Shown one piece after another: positions 29,876 through 40,909 of a stretch of 64,000 nucleotides of DNA. This DNA is from Ministeria vibrans ATCC 50519 (taxonomy: Eukaryota > Protista > Filasterea): NCBI GenBank assembly GCA_943704425.1, contig CALSCP010000491.1:45448-109447 (forward strand). Reading direction: 5' to 3'. Both the position numbers and the translations under genes were made by a program. Each line of letters starts with the position of its first letter. The stretch's first letter is position 1. Under the pieces are notes generated by a model. The model ran no database searches. It was not told the DNA's origin and saw only the letters and a list, made by a program, of their open reading frames with translations.

Positions 29876-30994
29876 ATGCGATTCTTAACGCCACGCCGCA
29901 TCCTCGTGGCGGTGATTGTTGCCGCCACGGTGTTTGCAGTGGGCCAGTACAGCATGCTCCACCTCGACGATGCACGCGAGCCCGTGTGGGGCACGCGCGC
30001 CTGCATCCTCTACGTTGTGCGCAACCACAATCTCGACATCAAGGAACTCTCGGCGAGTCTCTTCACCTTGCAAAAGTACAAAACATCGCTGCGCAAGTAC
30101 CCCGTCGTCATCCTCGCCGAGGGTCTCAACGGCTGCACGGAAAACCGTCTGCGACGCGTCGCACCAGATCTCGACATTCGGTTTGAGGCTGTGTCGCTAG
30201 ACGACCTGGAAGACGCCATCATTGACATGGACAAACTGACGTACACGGACGAGGATCGTCTGCGCAACCATCGCCCCTTCGACAAGGTTGTGCGCTTGCT
30301 TCTGGGCGACATCTTCCACTTCAACGAGCTGCACCGATTCACTCACGCACTGCGTCTCGATACCGACTCAGTCTTTGCCAACACCGAGAACCACCCGTCG
30401 CTTGTCGGCGTCTCCGTGCGCGATCCCCTTGCACACGCCATGCAACACGAGCTTATCTACGCCAGCTGGGGTGAGACACTCGTCTGCGGCGACCGAGTGA
30501 GCAATCTGCACAGCACACTCCGCGATTATGTCGCGGCCAACAGCGCCAGCAACACCTGGGCCAACCCCAGGGAGCAGCAGCTTGCCATGGACCTTGACAC
30601 CAATGCCAAGGCTGTCGTGACCAAGGCGGACACGCCTCTCCTGGCCGCACAGCTGCACCAGCTGCTAGAGAAGCCCCGCGACAGCCAAAGGGACACGTGC
30701 ACCGACACGGCATGCCACTGCCAGGCCGGCTACGACACCTCGCTCGAAGTATTTGACCTGCGTGTGTTTCGCTCCGACTCCTATCAACATCTCGTCGATC
30801 ACATTGAGCGCGCCGGTGGCATTGCTCACCACGGTTGGGGCCCCGACGTGCTTCGTCGCGCCATTCTCTCCCTTCTCGCACCCCCCGACACTGTGCAAAT
30901 CATCAATGTCAAAGACTACGCCCACAAGAAGGAGCAGTGGGTGAAGATTCACGAGCCTGGCTACAGGCCAGTTCAGATTTGTCCCGATGAGTAA
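29876..30994 (+). CDS. GT15 (Kre2/Mnt1-like) mannosyltransferase paralog with degenerate motifs
   Basis: Type II TM anchor; colinear with the neighbouring gene (CILYVVR, YPVVIL, LRLDTDS, WANP, CHC.GY, VFRS). Confidence 0.72.
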   Translation: MRFLTPRRILVAVIVAATVFAVGQYSMLHLDDAREPVWGTRACILYVVRNHNLDIKELSASLFTLQKYKTSLRKYPVVILAEGLNGCTENRLRRVAPDLDIRFEAVSLDDLEDAIIDMDKLTYTDEDRLRNHRPFDKVVRLLLGDIFHFNELHRFTHALRLDTDSVFANTENHPSLVGVSVRDPLAHAMQHELIYASWGETLVCGDRVSNLHSTLRDYVAANSASNTWANPREQQLAMDLDTNAKAVVTKADTPLLAAQLHQLLEKPRDSQRDTCTDTACHCQAGYDTSLEVFDLRVFRSDSYQHLVDHIERAGGIAHHGWGPDVLRRAILSLLAPPDTVQIINVKDYAHKKEQWVKIHEPGYRPVQICPDE

Positions 30995-31379
30995 AATATA
31001 ACTAGTAATCTCCTACGACTCACTGTCAAATTACTGTTGTTTTGAACTGCTGCAAACACCAACGGATGCAACTTCTGTTCTGTTGATTGTGCTTCCCTCA
31101 CCAGCTGCGGTTCCCTCGCCATCCACAACCACAGACCCCAATGTCTCATTGACCCCCCCNNNNNNNNNNGTCGGCCGCCTTGCGCTGCTCCTTCACCACC
31201 GTCTGCAGTCCCCCCCCCTACGCTCGTTCAATTTTCTGCTCTCATTGCTCATTTGCGCCACACTTGTCGCTCATCTCCACAATCTCTCTGCCGTTCCCGT
31301 CATCATCAATGCTTGGCACTGATACTAATTGATAGTGTTTGTTATTGTGACGCTTATTATTACAAATCTCAGTCTCTTC

Positions 31380-32540
31380 TTAACAGACTTTGGCGTTTTG
31401 GTACTCCGCAGGGTCACCCGACGCCATATGCTTTCTGTGTTGGTACGACTTGAAAGGTAGCACCTTCCACGCCTCTGGACGGCTAAACAGTGCAAGAGTG
31501 ACGCGTCTCAGCACAGCGTCGCCCCAACGGTGCATGGGGATACCTCCGTGTGCGTCTACTGCGTCGTACAGGGCAGTGCGCTCCGCAGAGCGAAACACGC
31601 GCATGTCTGCCACTTCAAAATTATTGTAAAAGCCCGGTAGACAATGACAGTCGTTCTTGGCCGGTAGACACGTTGGGCGAAACTGTTGGTGCTTTGTTTC
31701 TTCCAGTTCACGTGCGACGGGTGCATACGCCGCGGCAACGGCGTCGCGGTTCATCGCTGTAAACAGATCGTGCTCTTTTGGATTCGCCCAGACTCCATTG
31801 AGGTGCTCCTTTGCAAAGGCATCAGCCAACTCAAGTATTCCTTCAATGTACATGCCACAGTCGACGTTTTCGCGCCATGTTGCATACTCGAGCTTATGAT
31901 CAACGGCATAGCGAAAGGGGTCGTTGAGCGAGGCATCTTCGAGGGAATCAGACAAGAACTTGGAGTCACTGTCGACGCGCAGATAGTGGGTGAACTCTTG
32001 GAGTTCGGGAAGAAAGAAGATCTGGCGAAAGAAGAAACGGCACATGCGCTGGTAGCTGTCACCGTTCTTTGATCGTGTCGGAAAGGACAACAGTTCAAAA
32101 TTGCCAGGCGGTGACGACAGAGTGATCTTGACAAAGCGCACGTCGAGCTCGGGACGCACGGCGCGCACCATCTGTTGAGTACACTCGCTAAACCCCTCGT
32201 GCAGCACAATGATGGGGTAGGTGCGCAATTTGGCCTTGTGTTGCGCAAGTGTGTACAGCGAGAAGGACAGCTCTTTCAAATCGTCCGGGTGAGTTCGAAC
32301 AAGATACACAATGCATCCCTTCACCTTTACAGGACTATCAAGAGATGGTGGGAGCACTGATGGAGCAGAACGAACGGCCTTTTCAGCAGCAGGAATGGCC
32401 TTTTCAGCAGCAGAAATGGGAGCAGAGGCGAGCGGGGCAAAGTCGGATTCAACGCTGGTCGAAAAGGTGTTCCTGAGGATCAAGAGAGAGCCAATTGCCA
32501 GCACCAGCACCACCACCGTCGTGAACAATGAGAATCGCAT
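31380..32540 (-). CDS. GT15 (Kre2/Mnt1-like) alpha-1,2-mannosyltransferase
   Basis: SYQRMCRFF, YLRVDSDS, FYNNFEV, HRWGDAVLR; type II TM anchor. Confidence 0.85.
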   Translation of the reverse strand: MRFSLFTTVVVLVLAIGSLLILRNTFSTSVESDFAPLASAPISAAEKAIPAAEKAVRSAPSVLPPSLDSPVKVKGCIVYLVRTHPDDLKELSFSLYTLAQHKAKLRTYPIIVLHEGFSECTQQMVRAVRPELDVRFVKITLSSPPGNFELLSFPTRSKNGDSYQRMCRFFFRQIFFLPELQEFTHYLRVDSDSKFLSDSLEDASLNDPFRYAVDHKLEYATWRENVDCGMYIEGILELADAFAKEHLNGVWANPKEHDLFTAMNRDAVAAAYAPVARELEETKHQQFRPTCLPAKNDCHCLPGFYNNFEVADMRVFRSAERTALYDAVDAHGGIPMHRWGDAVLRRVTLALFSRPEAWKVLPFKSYQHRKHMASGDPAEYQNAKVC

Positions 32541-32867
32541 CAGAAAGAAGAGTGAATCAAACTGTGCACACGTGCAACTGATCAATAATGATGATGATTG
32601 AATGATAGCGTCGCGAGAGTAAATATCAACTAGCATCAGTACTCAGTTATTGAATACTAGAGTAAGGAGTGCCGGTGGTGCCGCAGTGGCACTCATGGCA
32701 GAGTAGACTATGTCGCCGTGGCCACTGCGGGCAGTGAGGCACTTACTGAGCGTCGTTAACTTGGAATGGTACGAATAAGTTCAAGTTGTTCATATAGAAA
32801 ATGACAGCTACTGTACAAAAGAAAGGCTCTGTCTGCGGCCATGGCGAGCGGGGTCGGGCGGGCGCGA

Positions 32868-33274
32868 TCAGGTGAAGACGCAGGTGACAACCTGGCCAAC
32901 GCGTCGCACGAGAGCCTCGTCGCCGTTGGCCATCTCCAGGAGGACTGTGGGCGCTGCATCGCTGTCGGACGGGTCCAGGTGCGCCGCTGAGTCCGCCAGC
33001 CGTGCAACGTAGCTCGCGACATTGGCGGGAACCGTTCCGCGAGCTGAAAACGAAGAAGAGCAAAAAGGAAAAAAGAATATATTATATCACTCGACACACA
33101 ACCCACGACAAGCGAAGACGCCTTACTGGCAATGCACAGCCCTTGTGAGTCTACAACTACGACGCCTTTAGTTCCGGCCTTTCCCATCCTGTGTACAGAA
33201 AGAAGCGAATGAGTTGGTCGATTTTTCAATTTCCCGTACGCTTCATCGAGAACCCTCTCCAGCTGCGACTCCAT
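32868..33274 (-). CDS. LAMTOR5: Ragulator subunit LAMTOR5 (HBXIP), 3 exons
   Basis: MESQLERVLDEA|MGKAGTKGVVVVDSQGLCIA|TRGTV...AAHLDPSDSDAAPTVLLE is colinear with LAMTOR5. Confidence 0.82.
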
Positions 33275-33657
33275 CTGTGGCACTGTGTGTCTTGTAAAGT
33301 GGGAAAGAATTAAGAATCAAAAAGATTAACTGATTGAATTGAGTCAGACTCGTCAATGAGAGAGTGACTAAGATCTCACAATCACAATTCACAATTATTG
33401 ACGATTCCCAAGTCGCTGCTACAGCATGACGAGTTTGAGTTGGCGGCATAACGAGTTCGATCACTTTCAAAACCCGCTCTCTAACGTGGTTTTCACTTTT
33501 CAGCACATTCTGAGAACATTTGGGATCGGCCGTTTGCACGGGCAAAAATGGTGGTTGGGCGTCGAAGATGGGTTTTTTATCATATTCATCGTATCACATT
33601 ATCTGTCGATTATCACAATTCACACCATTGAATTTCTTTTTGAGTACAGTTGTATAG

Positions 33658-36448
33658 ATGCACGCGACGGTGGCGATCGTGGCACTGGTGGTGGCACTTG
33701 CGTATTCGCCTGCAAACGTCGCTGGCTTCTACTTGCCGTCTGCGTCGCCCAATGACTTTTCCGTTGGTGACGAATTAACGGTCCAAGTCGTGAAGCTCAC
33801 GTCGCGAAAGACCCAGGTGGGTATCAGTGTGTTGCATGGTCGCCTATAGCTCTGCTTGGTTCTTGTCCAATCCTCTTAGTTCCAACACTATGCTTAGTTT
33901 TTTTTTTTTTTCCATCTCTCTTTCGGTCTGAGCTGGCACACACACACTCACACACACACACACGCTCACGCTCACACTCAATCACACACACATGCGATCT
34001 GCTCAGCGCGAACCGTGGCGTAGCAGCCCTCTGCGTGGCCCGTGCCCTGTGCCATGGTGCGCTCTTGCTGTGCGATGGCCGTCGATCGTCGACTGCCGCG
34101 CAACGCCGTGCCATCCACTCCATGGGCATCGGCGCACCTTCTCCTTTGTTGAACTGCCTCCGCCGCCCTCCTCCCCGCGCTGCGTCTTCCTCCTTCCTCA
34201 ATCACAGCGCCCCATGATGAGACATGCCGCATCATATCATCGTTGCTTGCTTGTCAGGCGCTTCCTTCTCATCCACGCGTCCATCTTGCTTAAGCATTCC
34301 TTTTCTCACCGTTTCTCTCATTCTCCAGCTTCCGTATGAGTACTACTCGCTTCCCTACTGCCAACCCGAGGACATTAAACGCCACGGAGAGAACCTTGGT
34401 GAAGTGCTCCGAGGTGATCGCATCATGACAACGCTCTACAAGGTATGGAGTGAAGACCCACCCACACACAGAGATGTGTCTCATTTATTTTATCGTAGGT
34501 TCAAGTTGGAAAAGACCTTGACTGTGCCTCACTTTGTGAGCGACCCTTTGATGCCCATGAGGTGTCGTTGTTTGCGGACCGCATTCAGGAAGACTACCGC
34601 ACACACATGATGTTGGACAACCTTCCGGTTGCGCTGGTGGTCATGTCGACCAAGACGAAGAAGTTTAAGTACTCTCAGGGCTTCCCTGTGGGCCGCTGGG
34701 ACGTCAAGACGGGTCGTATTGTCCTTTTTAACCATCTTCGCTTCAAGGTATGTTGCCAAAGAGAAAGGGGGGAGAAGAGGAGTAATTTGTGTGTGTGCAT
34801 AGATCAAGTACAACATTGGAAAGAGCGGCAAGTCGCGCATTGTTGGGTTTGAAGTGCAACCGCAAACGTGGGATTACAATACCATCACGAGCAGCAAGGG
34901 AGAAGCGTTGTTTTCAACGGGAGCGAGCAGCGATAAGATTGTGCGGTGCAGCAAAGGAAGTGAACAGTCGCCACAGGAGCTCACGTCGACGGGCGGAGGA
35001 CAGTCACTGCGCTTCTCGTACGAGGTGGTGTGGGAGAAGTCGGATGTTGAGTGGAACAAGCGATGGGATCCCTATTTGCACTCGAGTGAATCGCAGTACC
35101 ATTGGTACAGCATTATCAACTCGCTCATTGTCGTGTTCATCTTGACGTTTGTCGTCGCGCTCATTATGGTTGGGAGTCTCAGAAGAGACATCGCGGGGTA
35201 CAACAGTGAAGAGTTCCTCGACGATGACACCTACGAAGAGACAGGTATGTATTGTGAGTGAGGGAGAGGTCGGAAAACTCTTGATGTGTTTAACCCTGAC
35301 CCCAACAACGTAGGATGGAAACTTGTGTATGGCGATGTGTTTCGTCCGCCGCAGCACAGCACACTGTTTGCCGCTATTATTGGTAGTGGTATTCAGATTC
35401 TTCTTATGCTTCTGGTGGTGCTCTTCTGCGCTGCAATGGGTAAGAATCCGTTCTTCATTTTTTGTTGCATTGCGTCTCCACTGTATGACTTTCTCTGGTT
35501 GTGACTGACAAGCTAATGTCTCTTCGAGTGCATACCCATTGAGTGTCGGCTCTGTCTCACTCTTTCTATCTGTCCCTTTTTTTTCTTTTTAACTTTCTTT
35601 ACAAACTGAACTTTTCACGCCTTGTGCTGCTAGGAATGCTTTCGCCTGCGTCGCGTGGCTCACTCGTTTCCGTTGCCGTTGCGCTGTTTGTGCTAATGGG
35701 TGTGTTTGCGGGATACTTCTCAGCGCGTGTGTATCGCACCATCAAGGGCCAGCACTGGACTCGTGCCGCTGCTCTCACATCGACTTTGTTCCCTGGCACG
35801 GTCTTCACTGTCGTGTTCATTGTCAATTTTTTCGTGTGGGGTGCTCAGTCGAGCGGAGCCATTCCCATCACAACCCTCATTGCACTGCTCTTTATGTGGT
35901 TTGGTGCAAGTGGACCTCTCACCTTCTGTGGCTACTACTTTGGCTTTCGAAAGGGTCCCTTTGACACTCCCTGTCGTACCAACCAGATTCCCCGTCAGGT
36001 ACTTTTGAATACTTTGTGACCATGTGTGTTACTATCGTCTTGTTTATGTCAATGTTCATCTTCTTATGTGTCACATCTGTTATGATCACACACATTCACA
36101 TTCACATTCACACTTACATGTCCTCACTCACTCTCTCTTTTCTACAGGTTCCTGAGCAGGCGTGGTTCATGCACCCTCTCTCTGCTATGATGCTTGCGGG
36201 TATTCTTCCCTTTGGCTCTGTCTTTGTTGAGCTCTTTTACATCTTTTCTGCGCTTTGGGATGGAAAGGAGTACTATCTCTTTGGGTTTCTGTCGCTTGTC
36301 TTTTTGATTGTGGTTGTGACGATTGCCGAGAACTGTGTCACAATGTGTTATTTCTACTTGACCAACGAAGTACGAACCTCCAACATGTGACTGCTCTTCA
36401 TAAATCACTCAAAACACGACTCAACACAGAATGCGCTCGTCTCTCTCA

Positions 36449-36538
<90 letters not shown>

Positions 36539-37291
36539 ACACACCGCGTACCATCTCAGCCCTCTTTACAGCGCGCACATTCTCTATATCACTCACAAAA
36601 GACATCACTCACACTCTCTATTATATTACTTTGTTTTTTATTCTCTCACACTAACTCACGCACCCCCCTCAGGACTACCACTGGTGGTGGAAGAGTATGA
36701 TCATGGGCGGCGGCTGTGCCATTTACGTTTTCCTCTTCAGCATCTTCTACTTTGTCTCCCGCCTGCAAATTACCTCCTTTGTCTCCACTGTCCTTTACTT
36801 TTCCTACGTCTTTCTTATTTCCGTCTCCTTTTGGTTTCTCGCTGCCACAATTGGTTTCTTCGCCTCGTAAGTCATTTTCTATCAGTTTGCTTCCTCCTCT
36901 CTCTCTCTCTCTCTATCACTTTGTTTCTCTCTCTTTTTATCACTTTGTATCTTTCTCCCTCCCTCCTCTCTCTCTTGAACTCTTGAACTCTCTCTCTCTC
37001 TCTTGAACTCTCTCTCTCTCTCTCTCTTGAACTCTCTCCCTCTCTTGAACTCTCTCTCTCTTGAACTCTCTCCCTCTCTCTTGAACTCTCTCTCTCTCTG
37101 AATGTCACTGATGCGCTCTATCACTTTGTGCGTCCTTTCTTTCTCTTATCACTTTGTTTCTCTCTCTCTCAAACTCAATTTATCTTTCAATCTTTCTTCC
37201 TTCTCAAACTCTCGATGTATATATTATATGGTTTTTTCTCTCTAGGTTCTTTTTTGTTCGTATTATTTACTCGTCAGTGAAAGTGGATTAA
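33658..37291 (+). CDS. Transmembrane 9 superfamily (nonaspanin) protein, TM9SF4/TM9SF2-like, multi-exon
   Basis: [63 protein letters not shown]-terminal IYSSVKVD*. Confidence 0.93.
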
Positions 37292-37361
37292 GAAAAACAC
37301 AACAGACGCAAAGAAATAATAAAAAATCGGGTATTACAGAAGTTACACTATTAAATAGGTC

Positions 37362-40300
37362 TTAAGAAATGGAAGACGAGGGCTTTCGAATAGGCTTTGG
37401 GGGTTTAGAAGCGGCACGAGCAGCAGTGATCTTCGCACGAGCACGACGCATGGCCTCAGCGTCAATGTCAATGTCATCAGTGGTGGCAGAAGTAGTAGAA
37501 GTTGGTGTTGAAGGAGCTGTGGAAGGAGTTACGGGAGAAGGAAGAGTGGGAGTTGTTGTTGAGGTGGTGAGGGCGGAGGACGGACGAGAAGTGATTGGAA
37601 GTGGCGGAGGTGATTTTTTAATGCGTTGGGCAAGGATGCGTTGACGGGCGAGGAAACGTGCTTCTTCATCAATGGTGGGGTGGTGAGGAGCAAGAGTTAG
37701 AGTGGGTTTTTTGGTAGGGATTGGTGGAGGTACTGCTGCTACTTTGTCGCAGCGAGATTGTTCAATGCGGAGGAGTGCGCGGCGTCGCGCTTCCTGGTCA
37801 ATGTCGGAGAAGGGAGAAGGAGGAACAGGCTTCTTCTTCATCGTCTTGGGTGAGGATACTGCTGTGGTCGTTACGGTTGTGACGAGTTTGGGGGGGACAG
37901 TAGAACGAGGACGGAGAGAGGGTTTGGTTGCCGGAACGGGAGGGGGTGCAACTGGCTTTGGAGGGAGCTGCACAGACACAGGACGGTTAATGATGGGCTT
38001 GGGAGGAGGGGGAGAAGGACACACAGCTACAGCCACAGCCACAGACGTAGATGCAGGTGAAGATGGAACAGTCAATTGAGGTTGAGGCGTGGGTCGTGAG
38101 GGTTTCCGCATGGGCCGTGGTCCTGACGTGCGTCGCTGCACTAAAGGCCTCGCTGTTACCCCTGCGTCCTCTGCAGACTCACGAGCCTCTTCAAGCTCGT
38201 CCAACCTCTTCTCTTCCAACCTCTTTTCTTCCAATCTCTTCTCTTCCATTCTCTTCTCTTCCAATCTCTTTTCCTCCATTCTCTTCTCTTCCAATCTCTT
38301 CTCTTCCAATCTCTTTTCCTCCATTCTCTTCTCCTCCATTCTCTTCTCTTCCAATCTCTTCTCCTCCATTCTCTTCTCCTCCATTCTCTTCTCTTCCATT
38401 CTCTTCTCTTCCAATCTCTTCTCTTCCAATTCTCTTCTCCTCCATTCTCTTCTCTTCCATTCTCTTCTCTTCCAATCTCTTCTCTTCCAATCTCTTTTCC
38501 TCCAATCTCTTCTCTTCCATTCTCTTTTCCTCCAATCTCTTCTTTTCCATTCTCTTCTCTTCCATTCTCTTCTCTTCCAATCTCTTCTCTTCCAATCTCT
38601 TCTCTTCCATTCTCTTCTCCTCCAATCTCTTTTCCTCCATTCTCTTCTCCTCCATTCTCTTCTCCTCCATTCTCTTCTCTTCCAATCTCTTTTCCTCCAT
38701 TCTCTTCTCCTCCATTCTCTTCTCTTCCAATCTCTTTTCCTCCATTCTCTTCTCCTCCATTCTCTTCTCCTCCATTCTCTTCTTCGCACTCTCATCCACT
38801 GTCATTTTGACTGATTTCGGTCTCAGCACAATCTTTGGCTTTGCTCCAATTGCTGGTTTCACTTGCAATCGTGCCTTTTGTGCCTCTTCTTCTTCCTTCT
38901 CTGTTTGCTTTTGCAGTGTTTCCATCTCTTCCAGTCTCTTCTTCTCAACTTCCACCCTTTTCTCCTGTTCCTTCCGTTCTTTCTCTTGTTTCTCTTTCTC
39001 CTCTGCTTCTTTCTTCTTCTTCTTTCTCTCCTCATTATTCTTCTCTTTCTCCTTCAGTCGCTGTTGTTCTTGCTGCTCCTTCAATATCCGCTCTTGTTCC
39101 CTCTGTTCCCTTTCCAGTCGTTCCTTCTCCTCCTCCACCAATCGCTTTTGTTCTCTATGCTCTTCTTCCAAACGTTCCTTCTCCCTCTCTTCCACCAACA
39201 ATCGCTCTTGTTCTTTCTGTTCCTCCTCCAGTCGCTCTCGTTCCCTCTTCGTCTGCTCCTCCAATCGCTCTTTGTCCTTTCGTCTCTCCTCCGCCTTCTC
39301 TTCTCTCTCCCTTCTGCGCTCCTCAATCAGCTTCTTCCGCTCGCTAGCCTTCTCCTTCCGCTCTTCTTCTACTTTCACTCGTTCTGCCTCTCTCTCCTCC
39401 TCCACCAACCTCCGCCTCTTTTCTTCCTCTCGCTTCATTTCCTCCTCTCGTTCTCGTCGCTCCATCTCCTTCTTCCCCTTCATCCGCTCCCGTTCCTCCA
39501 GCTTCTCCTGTCGCTTCTGCTCCTCCGCCCTCCGCCGCTCTTCATTCGCCCTTGCCCGCTCCCCGTCATCATACAGCTCCACCTCCTCTCCCTCCTCCAT
39601 CACACTCTCATCCATCCTTCCACCTCGCACTCCAACTTTTTCCTTATCCCGCTCCGTGTCCAGACTCATCCGTCGCCCCATTGTCGCTCCATCCTTACCA
39701 CCCCTGCTGTCACCACCAGGCACCGTCTTTCCACGCACCCCAACGTGTGGGTTTCCAATCGACCCGGTACGCACAATCGACGATCCCCGTCCGCTTGCTG
39801 CTGCCGCTGCCTTCTTCTCCTTCCGGCTGCGCGTTCCCTCTTCCACAGCTGACTTGCCCTCGTTCATGGCCTGCAATATCGCATCCAGCTCGGCATCCGT
39901 CGGCTCCTTTTCCGCCATCTTCTTCAAGTCTTCCTTGGATGCCTTTTGACGTGTTCCATCAGCCAGCGGTGGAACTCCTCGATATGAGGCGTCCTTGAAC
40001 AAATGATAGAGCGAGCTAACCTGCATGGAAACAAATAAATCGGGAAAAAGACAGAATATAAAACAAAGATGATTATTTTGACGCAAATTAGTGCAAGCTG
40101 GACTGTTGTTGGTGATGCTTGGTGAATGGAGTGTGAGAAGGCGCAAAAGACGAGTGCGATCAATTGGATGTGAGAAGAGAGAGACACACACACACAGGCA
40201 CATGAATGTGGAAGGCGACGGTCAGAGGACCAAACGACACAAACGGCATGCTTGTTGCTGAGAGAAGATGGCTCAAGAAGGAAGAGACGTGGCTGTCGGA

Positions 40301-40774
40301 GGGCAAAGCAAAGCAAAGCATCAAAACAAACGGATTTCGTTCACGTACGTAAATCATCAGACTGCGCCAGTCGGCACCACCGGTCACATCTTCCACGTCA
40401 AGATAGCGGTACACAGAGAGAGATTCGTCGGCGACGCTGAACACCGCGTGCATCGTGGCGGCGGCGTCTGCGCGAGAAGAGCAGCGTCAATACCGCAGCG
40501 ACGGAATAAGGTGAATTGGAACGCCAATCTCACCGTTGCGCACGTAGTAGTCGCTATAGTCAATGAGGTCGGGTCGAAACCGATGCAGCACGGCCAGAAA
40601 TGCAAGGCCGCTCTCCCAGCTTGTCCTGAGCGCACACAAATGTTAAGTACAAGTGCAACAGTCATATCATAACACCTCGTACGAGAAATTTTGCACGTCT
40701 ACACCCGGATAGCCCAACGTCACCTTCTGACACCATATCAAGAGGTTCTGCTTGACCGTCTTAGAGGTCGCCAT
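37362..40774 (-). CDS. CH-domain (MICAL-L/EHBP1/smoothelin-type) protein with long E/R/K helix, EEKR(L/M) repeats and Pro-rich tail; 1-nt frameshift near 38431
   Basis: [21 protein letters not shown]|[23 protein letters not shown]...DWRSLMIY|VSSLYH; repeats continue across two frames. Confidence 0.8.
38200..38785 (-). repeat. 15-bp coding minisatellite ([10 protein letters not shown])
   Basis: TTCTCTTCCA(A/T)TCTC units directly visible. Confidence 0.92.
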
Positions 40775-40909
40775 TGAAAATAGTGTGATTTTTAGACTTT
40801 TTTCCTGTATTTTCACTTTTAAGCCACAACTGAGTAGTCAACTCAGTCAATCGACTCACTCGAGAGTCGAGCAATTTTTTATTTTTAACTGTATTCTCTT
40901 TTTGCCAGC

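Noticed and set aside
34206-34262. C/D snoRNA candidate (ATGATGA within an AGCGCC/GGCGCT stem)
   Set aside because: No CTGA D box near the 3' arm
38051-39949. 632 aa and other plus-strand ORFs rich in S/F/L
   Set aside because: Antisense shadows of the E/K/R-rich gene
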